64,000 nucleotides of DNA from Eubacteriales bacterium (GCA_045531455.1 JAZSEA010000075.1:2922-66921); one strand, 5' to 3'; shown: positions 34,454 through 43,316, counted from the stretch's first letter. Notes: a model not told the origin generated them from the letters alone. Numbers and translations are program-made.

Positions 34454-35335
34454 GTGAAACGTTTGAGTATTGTTGCGATGTTAGCACGGGTTTTACTGTT
34501 TGTGCTACTGTTTTCGGGATGCGTTGATCGTTTTGCAGGCGAAAATTCGGGGTCTGAAACACCCAAGGTGCTCACTCCCGAGGATATTGAATCAATATTT
34601 GCTTCTGTTACAGATAATGAAATTGATAAATATCCCTCGGATACAGACGAAGCCGGTAATGAGATCGTATATTGGATCAAAGGCGGAGAGGTATGGCATT
34701 CCAGCAAATTCTGTGGAAGCATTTCAAGGTCTGAACATGATTCGGTCTTTCAAGGTACGATCTCTGATGCTATCGCAGCAGGAAAGAAACGCGGTTGCAA
34801 GACTTGCTCGGACGGAGAAGAATCAGACTACATCGTTGTATCCGACGAAATTTCGGATGATGATTCTGATGCTATATCCGATACCTATGCAGAAACCGAG
34901 ATTGTTATAGATGCTGATACGATCGTATACTGGCTCAAAAACGGCTCCGTGTGGCATCTTAATTCAAGTTGCCGCTCGTTATCGGGATCTGATAAATCTT
35001 CTGTTATTTCTGGATCGCTGAAGGAGGCATACTCTCAGGGTAAAGAAAGAGGATGCAAGAATTGTTCGTCAGATGTCACTGTTGACTATATTTATACTGA
35101 AACTACAATTTCAATCGGTACCGATGCTGAAACAGATGTGATAACTGAAAAGTATCCTGCTGAATACGGTGAAGACGGTAATCGTATAGTATTCTGGCTT
35201 GAGAGCAGTAAGATCTGGCATTTGAGCAGGCACTGTTCGAGCCTTTCAAGGACAGACCCGGATAAATTGATTTCCGGCACCGTTGAGGATGCTATCAAGG
35301 ATGGTAAAGAAAGAGTTTGCAAAAATTGTTCGTGA
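34454..35335 (+). CDS. lipoprotein with three His/Cys3 repeat modules
   Basis: A GTG start follows AGGGTGA. The lipobox is LLFSGC. Three copies of W-H-x4-C-x27-C-K-x-C-S are separated by acidic linkers. Confidence 0.65.
   Translation: MKRLSIVAMLARVLLFVLLFSGCVDRFAGENSGSETPKVLTPEDIESIFASVTDNEIDKYPSDTDEAGNEIVYWIKGGEVWHSSKFCGSISRSEHDSVFQGTISDAIAAGKKRGCKTCSDGEESDYIVVSDEISDDDSDAISDTYAETEIVIDADTIVYWLKNGSVWHLNSSCRSLSGSDKSSVISGSLKEAYSQGKERGCKNCSSDVTVDYIYTETTISIGTDAETDVITEKYPAEYGEDGNRIVFWLESSKIWHLSRHCSSLSRTDPDKLISGTVEDAIKDGKERVCKNCS
34664..35329 (+). repeat. three intragenic protein-level repeats (34664-34807, 34922-35065, 35186-35329)
   Basis: The three ~48-aa modules align by eye (VYWIKGGEVWH.., VYWLKNGSVWH.., VFWLESSKIWH..) with identical His/Cys spacing. 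Confidence 0.75.
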
Positions 35336-35359
35336 TAAAATTATAAAATGAGGTGTAAA

Positions 35360-36769
35360 ATGAAAAATAAAATTTTTTGTATTTTGTTTATGGCATTGGC
35401 TATGCTGTTCTGCTTCTCGTCGTGCAACAATACTACTGACGAGCCTGTTGTAACAGACGCTGACACCATTGTTTCAGATGAAGTTACATCGGAAGAAGCT
35501 CCTGTAAGCACTTCCATGTTGCTTTTCGATAAAGAAGAGGTTTATTATACAATTATCAGAGGAACTTACGCTTCCGATGTTGAAGTAAATGCTGCGGTAT
35601 CCCTTAATAACGCATTTAAGAAAGCATACAGTGGTAACTGGAAAGCTTCCATCAAGGATGATTTCTTCAAGGGTCAGGTAAAAAACGAATCATACGAAAT
35701 CGAAGGCAAAGAGATACTAATTGGTATAACAAACCGCAAGGAATCGCACGATGCTCACGCTACTCTCAAAAAAGATGAGTACGTTATTAAGGTTGTAGGT
35801 GAAAAGCTAGTTATCGTTGGTTTTGACGACTTTGCAACCGCCGGCGCAGTTGAAAAATTCATTGAAACGTATCTTTCAACGAATAAACAGGATAAACTCG
35901 AGCTCGCAAATGATCTTGTAATCAGCGGCGAATCAAGTCTCCGTAAGATAGCGTTGAATTCCGAAGCAACTTACCGAATAATGTCCTGGAATCTTGGTCT
36001 TCTTGTTGGTGAAGAGAAGAACGGTCAGGTCGAATGTATTGATATTATTCTGAGACATCTCCCCGATATAATGGGCTTCCAGGAGTGTAATGCGGCTGTT
36101 CACAGCAAGGTTCTTAAGAGCTTGCCGGATTATTATGAATTTGCTAATAGAACTCATAACGGCTCGTCGCTTGTGAATTATACTCCCATAATGTACAATA
36201 CCGAGCTCTTCAAGCTTTTGAAGTCTGACGTTGTATGGCTCAGAGGAAGATATACAGGCACTAACACCAAATCCTTGAGCTGGGCAGTTTTCGAAGACAA
36301 TAACGGAATTGTATTTGCTCTTATCAACTATCACGGCGCCGTATGCTCTAACAGCTATAAGGGATTCGAGAACTTTACAAGCGCAGAGCTTAATCAGCAG
36401 GCATTGACCTGGAAACTTGATAACGTTGTTCAAGTAACCGAAATCAAGAACTGTATAGTTGCTGAATTCGGAAATATACCGATTATGGTTTCGGGTGACC
36501 ACAACTTCAACAGCTCATCTCAGCCTTATACAAATCTCGTTGCTGAAGGTTTTACTGATGCTGAACACACCGCGAGAGTCAGCTCGATGACAGGATACAA
36601 AACCAGCTATTCTTACGGTAGCGTTCCTGGCGACGGATTGAGCATAGACCACGTGTTCGGTCTCAACGGAGTTGATTTCGTCGTTCACGCAATCGTGCGT
36701 GGAGAAGACGTCTGGAAGGCTTCCGACCATTCTCCCGTTTACGTTGACTTTAACCTTAAGAAAGATTAA
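35360..36769 (+). CDS. endonuclease/exonuclease/phosphatase (EEP) family lipoprotein
   Basis: ATG 35360 follows GAGGTG. The lipobox is CFSSC. EEP text in the C-terminal half includes IMSWNLG, IMGFQE, SGDHNF and SDHSPVYVDF. An N-terminal domain of about 200 aa is unassigned. Confidence 0.8.
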   Translation: MKNKIFCILFMALAMLFCFSSCNNTTDEPVVTDADTIVSDEVTSEEAPVSTSMLLFDKEEVYYTIIRGTYASDVEVNAAVSLNNAFKKAYSGNWKASIKDDFFKGQVKNESYEIEGKEILIGITNRKESHDAHATLKKDEYVIKVVGEKLVIVGFDDFATAGAVEKFIETYLSTNKQDKLELANDLVISGESSLRKIALNSEATYRIMSWNLGLLVGEEKNGQVECIDIILRHLPDIMGFQECNAAVHSKVLKSLPDYYEFANRTHNGSSLVNYTPIMYNTELFKLLKSDVVWLRGRYTGTNTKSLSWAVFEDNNGIVFALINYHGAVCSNSYKGFENFTSAELNQQALTWKLDNVVQVTEIKNCIVAEFGNIPIMVSGDHNFNSSSQPYTNLVAEGFTDAEHTARVSSMTGYKTSYSYGSVPGDGLSIDHVFGLNGVDFVVHAIVRGEDVWKASDHSPVYVDFNLKKD

Positions 36770-36777
36770 TTTATAAT

Positions 36778-36804
36778 AAAGCACCCGTATCATGCGGGTG
36801 CTTT
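36778..36804. terminator. bidirectional rho-independent terminator
   Basis: Stem AAAGCACCCG / CGGGTGCTTT with a 7-nt loop, between convergent genes. Confidence 0.7.
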
Positions 36805-36817
36805 GTTGCATATTAGG

Positions 36818-37234
36818 TTACTTTGTCTTCTTAAGCTTTTTGTCTTCCTGTAAGGTATTCTTGACTCTTCGAGCAAAAAAAGCGAAAATCAAAACGCCGA
36901 TGATGTAAGCGACGATTATCACCACGATTCCGATGAAATTTCCCGAAGAAGTAGGGAGATCAGCGGGAAGAATGATGAACAGAAATGCACTAATAACTGT
37001 AAGAGCAAAATGAACTCCCCATCTTGTTACAGCTTCAATGTTTTTGTACGTCAGTAAAGCGTTTGCGATTGCAAATAAAATGCTGAAAGGAAGGAATAGA
37101 AGGATCCGAGAGGGATCAAGCGAGATTTCCGACTCGGCAGAATTATTAATAATAAATACGAATGTAAACAGAACGATGATCACGGTGTAGTATAATGTGG
37201 ATTTGTTCAAAACACTTTTAAAGAAAGATTTCAT
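36818..37234 (-). CDS. hypothetical four-helix membrane protein
   Basis: 138 aa with four hydrophobic segments and a basic C-terminal tail. I recognise no family. Confidence 0.5.
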   Translation of the reverse strand: MKSFFKSVLNKSTLYYTVIIVLFTFVFIINNSAESEISLDPSRILLFLPFSILFAIANALLTYKNIEAVTRWGVHFALTVISAFLFIILPADLPTSSGNFIGIVVIIVAYIIGVLIFAFFARRVKNTLQEDKKLKKTK

Positions 37235-37394
37235 AATTATTCTCCTGTATGATTCTGAATATATATCATATCACTTCCTGCAAAAAAATGCAAGAGATTT
37301 TTCGAATTTTCTGTAAAAAGATGCGAATTTGCTTGAAACATCAAGAAAACAATGAATATTTTTATGAATATTTCGGAATTTATTCATTTTGATG

Positions 37395-37423
37395 TTGACT
37401 ATTTTATCATTTTGAGTTATAAT
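37395..37423 (+). promoter_or_regulatory. sigma-A type promoter, TTGACT-17-TATAAT
   Basis: -35 at 37395-37400 and -10 at 37418-37423, about 60 nt upstream of the nusB ATG. Confidence 0.5.
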
Positions 37424-37482
37424 ATACATATTATGGGTTATTGTTGCCAAAAGACAATTATTAAAATCCCGGAGGTATTGAA

Positions 37483-37899
37483 ATGACAAGAAGAGAAGCT
37501 CGCGAGGCGGTGCTTGAATTGCTTTTTGAAAGCGGTTTTCATTCTGATGAAGCACCCGAGGCTATTCTTGAGCGTGCTATGCAGATGAGAGATCTTCAGA
37601 TCAATGATTATGCTAAGACAGTTTATTTCGGAGTGTTTGAAAACATCGAGTTTATAGATAGCTTGCTTGAAAAGCATTCCGTAGGTTGGAAGAAAACAAG
37701 AATTTCTCCCGTTGCGCGTGCAGCGATCAGACTTGCGATCTACGAGATGTATTTCTGCGCGGATGTTCCCGATACAGCCTCGATCAATGAAGCAATTGAG
37801 CTTATCAAGAAGTATGATGACGCGGACAAGGTAAGACCTTTTGTTAACGGTGTACTCAACGCTGTTTACAAGGAAAAGAGTGCCGGAGGCGAGGCTTAA
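37483..37899 (+). CDS. nusB: transcription antitermination factor NusB
   Basis: 138 aa. Contains MTRREAREAVLELLFE and a C-terminal VNGVLN. Confidence 0.9.
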   Translation: MTRREAREAVLELLFESGFHSDEAPEAILERAMQMRDLQINDYAKTVYFGVFENIEFIDSLLEKHSVGWKKTRISPVARAAIRLAIYEMYFCADVPDTASINEAIELIKKYDDADKVRPFVNGVLNAVYKEKSAGGEA

Positions 37900-38858
37900 T
37901 GCTTTTTTGCGGTATTGATACCAGCAATTATACAACCTCTGCCGCTTTATGTAATGAAGCAGGTGATATCTTGGCGAATATCAAGATCCCGCTTCCTGTT
38001 AAGGAAGGTGAACGAGGTCTCAGACAATCAGATGCGGTATTTGCTCATATCAAGAATTTACCGATACTTACAAAAAAATTGAGCGAAGCGTTGGACGGAA
38101 GAAAGATCAATGCGGTAGCTGTTTCCTCAAAGCCGAGAGATGCCGAGGATTCATATATGCCTTGCTTCCTTTCGGGACTGTCTGCTGCGGGTATGCTTGC
38201 AGCAGGCGCTGGTTGTCCTATTTATACAACCTCTCACCAACAAGGTCACGTTATGGCATCGTACGTTACGTCGGGTGCCTCAGTAGACAAGCTATTTGAT
38301 AAGTATCCGGCTTTTATTGCTTTCCATGTTTCGGGCGGTACAACCGAGTGCCTGCTTGTCAAGCCTTCAAGCGATGAGTTTTTGATCGAACTTATCGGCG
38401 GCACTCTCGACCTTAACGCAGGTCAGGCTATCGACCGTATAGGTGTGGCTCTCGGATACAAATTCCCATGCGGACCGCGTATGGAAGAATCGGCTCTCCG
38501 ATTTACAGGAAGGATTAAAGGGATTAAGATTTCCGTAAACAATAATTCTTGCAATTTGTCTGGTCTTGAGAACAAAGCGAAAAAAATGATCTCGGAAGGT
38601 ATATCGGAAGATGAGATTTGCTTGTACACCTTTGAATTCGTTGCCAAGACTTTGAATGCTATTGCAATAAACGTAAGAGAACAGTATGGTGATTTACCCA
38701 TCGTCTGGGCAGGCGGCGTGATGAGCAACAGTATCATCAAGAAAAGGCTGTCTTCTCTAGGAAACGTATATTTCACAGAACCGCAGTATTCTTCCGATAA
38801 CGCCGTTGGCGTAGCTTTGATCGGACGAAACAAGTTTTTGGCGGAGAACCGTTTATAA
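37899..38858 (+). CDS. Kae1/TsaD-family (peptidase M22 fold) protein, divergent
   Basis: Contains GIDTSNYTTSAAL (compare GIETSCDET), a metal motif SHQQGH (H-x3-H) and WAGGVMSN (compare GGVAAN). TAATG junctions link it to nusB and xseA. Confidence 0.65.
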   Translation: MLFCGIDTSNYTTSAALCNEAGDILANIKIPLPVKEGERGLRQSDAVFAHIKNLPILTKKLSEALDGRKINAVAVSSKPRDAEDSYMPCFLSGLSAAGMLAAGAGCPIYTTSHQQGHVMASYVTSGASVDKLFDKYPAFIAFHVSGGTTECLLVKPSSDEFLIELIGGTLDLNAGQAIDRIGVALGYKFPCGPRMEESALRFTGRIKGIKISVNNNSCNLSGLENKAKKMISEGISEDEICLYTFEFVAKTLNAIAINVREQYGDLPIVWAGGVMSNSIIKKRLSSLGNVYFTEPQYSSDNAVGVALIGRNKFLAENRL

Positions 38859-40054
38859 TGAACAATAACGAACTAACCCTTTCTGTAACGCAGCTTAATG
38901 AGTACGTTAAGATGCTTATAGATTCGGACGAGCTCCTTCAGACCGCAGTTGTCAGGGGCGAAATATCAAATTTTAAACATCATTACGCAACGGGGCATTT
39001 GTACTTTTCTCTCAAGGATGAAAAGTCACTTGTAAAATGCGTGATGTTCGCAAGAGATGCGTCAAGGTTGAGATTCGAGCCCGATAATGGCATGACCGTG
39101 ACCATTTGGGGCAGAGTTTCCGTATTTCCTCGTGACGGTGCATATCAACTATACGCTGGTTTCATGTCACAATCAGGGCTTGGAGATCAGCACGCCGCTT
39201 TTGAGCAGTTGAAAAACAAGCTTATGAATGAAGGCTTGTTTGATAAAGAAAGAAAGCTTCCAATTCCGAAGTTCCCTCAAAAAATAGGAATTATTACGTC
39301 TCCTACAGGTGCGGCAATTCAAGACATAATGAATATCCTGCATAGAAGATGGCCTGTTGTTGAGACAGAGTTGTATCCTGCACTTGTTCAAGGTGAAGGT
39401 GCTGCCGCAAGCCTTCTTTCCGGTGTTAAATATTTTATATCCATAAATAATGTTGACGTAATCATCATCGGCAGAGGCGGAGGCTCCGGCGAGGATCTCA
39501 GTGCATTCAATGACGAAGCATTGGCACGTGCTATTGCGGCTTCAACAATTCCCGTAATTTCTGCTGTAGGACACGAAACTGACGTTTCGATTTCAGATTT
39601 TGTGGCGGATCTCCGAGCCCCGACGCCTTCTGCGGCGGCTGAATTGGCTGTTCCTGATATGAAGGAGTACCTTGCTTCGCTTGATTCGTTGCTTAAGAGA
39701 TCATGCGGTGTAATTACCAGGAATCTTGTTAACGCAGAAAATAGGTTGAAGATGCTTGCAAAGTCGCCTGTTCTTGCCAATCCCGTCAGATACGTTGAAT
39801 TGCGAGAAAACGAATTGCTGTACCTTGGCAAGAGGATTGATGCCTCATACAGAAATATTCTGTCGACAAAGGAAGCGTTGTTTGCCGATAAGGTTGGACG
39901 CTTCGAGGCTCTTAATCCGATATCTGTTCTTTCACGCGGATATTCCTTTGTACAGAAGGACAATCACGTTGTATCATCTGCTGAACATCTCCAATCGGGC
40001 GATGATATTACTTTAACTTTTTCAGACGGCAAGGTTGAAGCCGTAATAAAATAA
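38858..40054 (+). CDS. xseA: exodeoxyribonuclease VII large subunit
   Basis: 398 aa. Contains LSVTQLNEYVK, GEISNFK.H..GHLYFSLKD and IIIGRGGGS.EDL.AFN. Confidence 0.95.
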   Translation: MNNNELTLSVTQLNEYVKMLIDSDELLQTAVVRGEISNFKHHYATGHLYFSLKDEKSLVKCVMFARDASRLRFEPDNGMTVTIWGRVSVFPRDGAYQLYAGFMSQSGLGDQHAAFEQLKNKLMNEGLFDKERKLPIPKFPQKIGIITSPTGAAIQDIMNILHRRWPVVETELYPALVQGEGAAASLLSGVKYFISINNVDVIIIGRGGGSGEDLSAFNDEALARAIAASTIPVISAVGHETDVSISDFVADLRAPTPSAAAELAVPDMKEYLASLDSLLKRSCGVITRNLVNAENRLKMLAKSPVLANPVRYVELRENELLYLGKRIDASYRNILSTKEALFADKVGRFEALNPISVLSRGYSFVQKDNHVVSSAEHLQSGDDITLTFSDGKVEAVIK

Positions 40055-40077
40055 TTATTCAGGATTTGTGATTTAAT

Positions 40078-40281
40078 ATGGAAAATAAAGAATTCAGCTT
40101 TGAGAAAGCTATGATGGAGCTTGAAAACATTGTTGCGGCTCTTGAAAGAGGAGAAGTTTCTCTTGAAGATTCGCTCAAGCTTTATGAAAAAGGCGTTGGT
40201 CTTGTCAGAGAAGCCAATAAGCTTCTGTCCGACGCCAAAGAGAGAATAATTGCTGTTTCGGGTGTACAGACCAATGACTAA
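40078..40281 (+). CDS. xseB: exodeoxyribonuclease VII small subunit
   Basis: 67 aa. Contains FEKAMMELENIVAALERGEVSLEDSLKLYEKG. Confidence 0.9.
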   Translation: MENKEFSFEKAMMELENIVAALERGEVSLEDSLKLYEKGVGLVREANKLLSDAKERIIAVSGVQTND

Positions 40282-41167
40282 AAATCTTGACTATTTTTTG
40301 AGAAATAATTCCGAGCTGATCGATTCGGCAATTGATAAGACATATTCGCTACTCGACGATCCGGATACTGATGAGGTCAGACGAGCAGAACTTTATAGCC
40401 TCACTGCGGGTGGTAAGCGGATCAGAGCATTTCTCGTAAATGAATTTTGCCGTGCTTGCGGCGGAAGTGTTGAACATTCGGTAGATTTTGCGCTTGCTGT
40501 CGAAATGATCCACACTTTTTCATTGATCCACGATGATCTCCCCTGTATGGATGATGACGACCTCAGACGAGGTAAGCCTACCTCACATAAGGTATTTGGC
40601 GAAGCTACTGCACTTCTTGCGGGCGATTCGTTGTCTGTCAGAGCTTTCCAAATGATCGCTAATAATAAAAATATCGATTCCGATTTCCGTATTAAAGCTC
40701 TTTCAGTGCTTGCAGAAGCTGTTGCAAGTGAGGGAATGATTGGCGGTCAGATCATTGATATGCGCGGTGAGAAAGAGTCATTGGACTTTGAAACTCTCCT
40801 CAAGCTTCATTCCAAGAAAACCGGTGCATTGATAATGGCATCTGCAAAGCTTGGATGTCTTGCGGCAGGAGTCGATGATACCGACCCGAGATACAAAGCC
40901 GCAGAGAAATATGCTTCGGCGATAGGTCTGGCTTTCCAGATTATCGATGATATTCTCGATGCTACAGCAGATGCATCTATCCTTGGCAAGAATACAGGTG
41001 TTGATGCATCAAGAAACAAGACCACGTTTCTTTCCTTTATGAGCATCGAAGATGCTTCGGATTATGCGTCAAAACTGACAGATGAAGCTAAGAAGGAGCT
41101 GATCCTGTTTAACGATTGCCATAATCTTTCCGACCTTGCCGACTATTTACTTGTTAGAAAGAAATGA
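40274..41167 (+). CDS. ispA: polyprenyl (farnesyl/geranylgeranyl) diphosphate synthase
   Basis: Start chosen at ATG 40274 (8-nt overlap with xseB). The two Asp-rich motifs are IHDDLPCMDDDDLRRG and FQIIDDILD. Confidence 0.9.
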   Translation: MTKNLDYFLRNNSELIDSAIDKTYSLLDDPDTDEVRRAELYSLTAGGKRIRAFLVNEFCRACGGSVEHSVDFALAVEMIHTFSLIHDDLPCMDDDDLRRGKPTSHKVFGEATALLAGDSLSVRAFQMIANNKNIDSDFRIKALSVLAEAVASEGMIGGQIIDMRGEKESLDFETLLKLHSKKTGALIMASAKLGCLAAGVDDTDPRYKAAEKYASAIGLAFQIIDDILDATADASILGKNTGVDASRNKTTFLSFMSIEDASDYASKLTDEAKKELILFNDCHNLSDLADYLLVRKK

Positions 41168-41940
41168 CGAGAATTGACGTTTATCTGACTCAAAATGGTT
41201 TTGCCAAGAGCCGTGAGTCGGCCAGGAGATCTATCGAAGCCGGACTTGTTACCGTAGACGGTGAAGTTATCAATAAAGCAAGTTTAAAGATCGATGAAAC
41301 AGTCGAACACGATATAGTGTGCACCGATGCTTTACCGTACGTTGGAAGAGGCGGCTTGAAACTTGAAGCGGCACTTGATGCTTTTGCGATCGATCCGAGA
41401 GGTAAGCTGTGCGCTGATATTGGTGCTTCAACTGGTGGCTTTACTGACTGCTTGCTCAAGAGAGGCGCAATAAAGGTGTTTGCCATTGATTCGGGTCGTG
41501 ATCAGCTTGATTTTGATCTCAGAAGAGATCCGAGAGTCATTTCTCTCGAAGGTGTCAATGCACGTTACCTTAATACGGAAATTGTCCCGGATCCTGCAGA
41601 CATCATAGTAATGGACGTATCGTTCATCTCACAGACTCTGATCATCCCGAGGCTTGGACAGATCCTTGCTGATAACGGCGTTTTCATAACCTTGATCAAG
41701 CCGCAGTTTGAATGCGGCAGAGAAGCGATAGGAAAAGGCGGTATTGTAAAACTGCCTCGCTACCGATTAAGCGCAGTCAGAAGAGTTACTGCCGCTTGCG
41801 TAGAAAACGGACTATTCCTTGAAAATCTGATCCGTTCGCCGATTGTCGGCGGTGACGGTAACGTTGAGTTTCTTGCTCTATATACCAAACGTAATAACGT
41901 ACTTCAGGAAAGAATTATTTCCGGAGTAGATTATAATTGA
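41164..41940 (+). CDS. tlyA: TlyA-family rRNA 2'-O-methyltransferase
   Basis: Has an S4-like N-terminus (RIDVYL...SRE.A...I..G.V.V.G) and DIGASTGGFTDCLL. It overlaps ispA as ATGA. Confidence 0.9.
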   Translation: MTRIDVYLTQNGFAKSRESARRSIEAGLVTVDGEVINKASLKIDETVEHDIVCTDALPYVGRGGLKLEAALDAFAIDPRGKLCADIGASTGGFTDCLLKRGAIKVFAIDSGRDQLDFDLRRDPRVISLEGVNARYLNTEIVPDPADIIVMDVSFISQTLIIPRLGQILADNGVFITLIKPQFECGREAIGKGGIVKLPRYRLSAVRRVTAACVENGLFLENLIRSPIVGGDGNVEFLALYTKRNNVLQERIISGVDYN

Positions 41941-41973
41941 CAAAAATATTTTCTTCCATTTCAGGAGAAAGTC

Positions 41974-42834
41974 ATGAAAAACATAACTATTACAACAAAT
42001 TTCAGAGTAGCTGAAAAGGCTGAGATAGCGCGTGCAGCTGCGTTGCGCTTTGCTTCTTGCGGAGCTACAATGATCCTTCCTAATTATGCTAAAGCGGCGT
42101 TTGACGGCATTGATGCAGTAAAGTACGTTGCCCCAGAGAAAGTTTACGACTGCATTGATCTTGCTGTTGTAGTTGGTGGCGACGGATCTGTACTTGAGGC
42201 TGCAAGAAGAGCCGCCCCCAAGGGAACTCCTATTCTCGGTATCAATAAGGGCAGACTAGGATATATGACCGCTATTGAAGTCAACGAGCTTGAGCTTATC
42301 GACGAAGTGATGCACGGCAACTACTATTTTGACGAAAGAGCTATGCTTGACGTAGAGCTTATCCATAACGGTAAGCCGCTCTATTTCAGCCGCGCGCTAA
42401 ATGATGCGGTCGTTTCAAACGGATCTATGGCAAAAATCGTAGATATGCAGCTTCTTGCAAACGATAAGGTTGTCGGGAATTACAGAGCGGACGGACTGAT
42501 AGTCACATCTCCTTCGGGATCAACCGCATACTCGCTCGCCGCCGGAGGACCGATTATGGCGCCCAACGTAAGCGCATTCTGCGTTACCCCTGTCTGCTCG
42601 CATTCCTTCAGAGACAGACCTATTGTTTTCTCCGACAGTGCTGTTCTCGAAATAAAGAATGTGTGCGATAGAGAGCCTCATCTTTATCTCAGCATTGACG
42701 GCAGGATCAATATCAGAATTATGAAAAATCAGTCTGTACGTGTTTCCAAATCCGACAAAACAGCAAAGCTTATAAGAATCAAAGAGCATAATTTCTATGC
42801 GGATCTTTGCTCAAAGCTTGCTTCAGTTCAATAA
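41974..42834 (+). CDS. nadK: NAD kinase
   Basis: Contains VVVGGDGSVL, GINKGRLGYM and SPSGSTAYSLAAGGP. Confidence 0.9.
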   Translation: MKNITITTNFRVAEKAEIARAAALRFASCGATMILPNYAKAAFDGIDAVKYVAPEKVYDCIDLAVVVGGDGSVLEAARRAAPKGTPILGINKGRLGYMTAIEVNELELIDEVMHGNYYFDERAMLDVELIHNGKPLYFSRALNDAVVSNGSMAKIVDMQLLANDKVVGNYRADGLIVTSPSGSTAYSLAAGGPIMAPNVSAFCVTPVCSHSFRDRPIVFSDSAVLEIKNVCDREPHLYLSIDGRINIRIMKNQSVRVSKSDKTAKLIRIKEHNFYADLCSKLASVQ

Positions 42835-42848
42835 ATGCGGGTGATAAT

Positions 42849-43304
42849 ATGAAAAACAAGAGACAAGAGAAAATAGTTTCTCTCATCACAAGATATGAGA
42901 TAGAAACTCAGGAAGAGTTGATTGGAATGCTCTGTAAAGAGGGTTTCCAGGTTACTCAGGCTACGGTTTCAAGAGACATCAGAGAGCTTAAGCTTACCAA
43001 GGTCCTTACAGGCCGAGGTTCTTACAGATATACAGTAGCTTCAAAAAATGACAATGCACCTTCGATAAAATTCAACCGTGCACTTGTTAATTCCATTATC
43101 AGCGTAGATTATGCCATCAACAATATTGTGATTAAGACTTATCCAGGACTTGCAACGGCAGTCGCAACCGGCCTTGATTCTATAGATTCAAATGATATTC
43201 TCGGATGCGTTGCCGGTGACGACACGATCATTATGGTTGTCCGAAGTGAAGAATCAGCAAAAGATCTGAGTGCTCGAATCCACGCATTGCTCGATTCCGT
43301 CTGA
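42849..43304 (+). CDS. argR: arginine repressor
   Basis: Start chosen at ATG 42849 (MKNKRQEKIVSLI..ETQEEL...L...G..VTQATVSRDIRELKL). The C-terminal region has GCVAGDDTI. Confidence 0.9.
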   Translation: MKNKRQEKIVSLITRYEIETQEELIGMLCKEGFQVTQATVSRDIRELKLTKVLTGRGSYRYTVASKNDNAPSIKFNRALVNSIISVDYAINNIVIKTYPGLATAVATGLDSIDSNDILGCVAGDDTIIMVVRSEESAKDLSARIHALLDSV

Positions 43305-43316
43305 TAGAGGTCCGAT

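Noticed and set aside
37271-37935. Minus-strand ORFs of 94 aa and 165 aa.
   Set aside because: They are antisense to nusB and its promoter region, with no RBS and no motifs.
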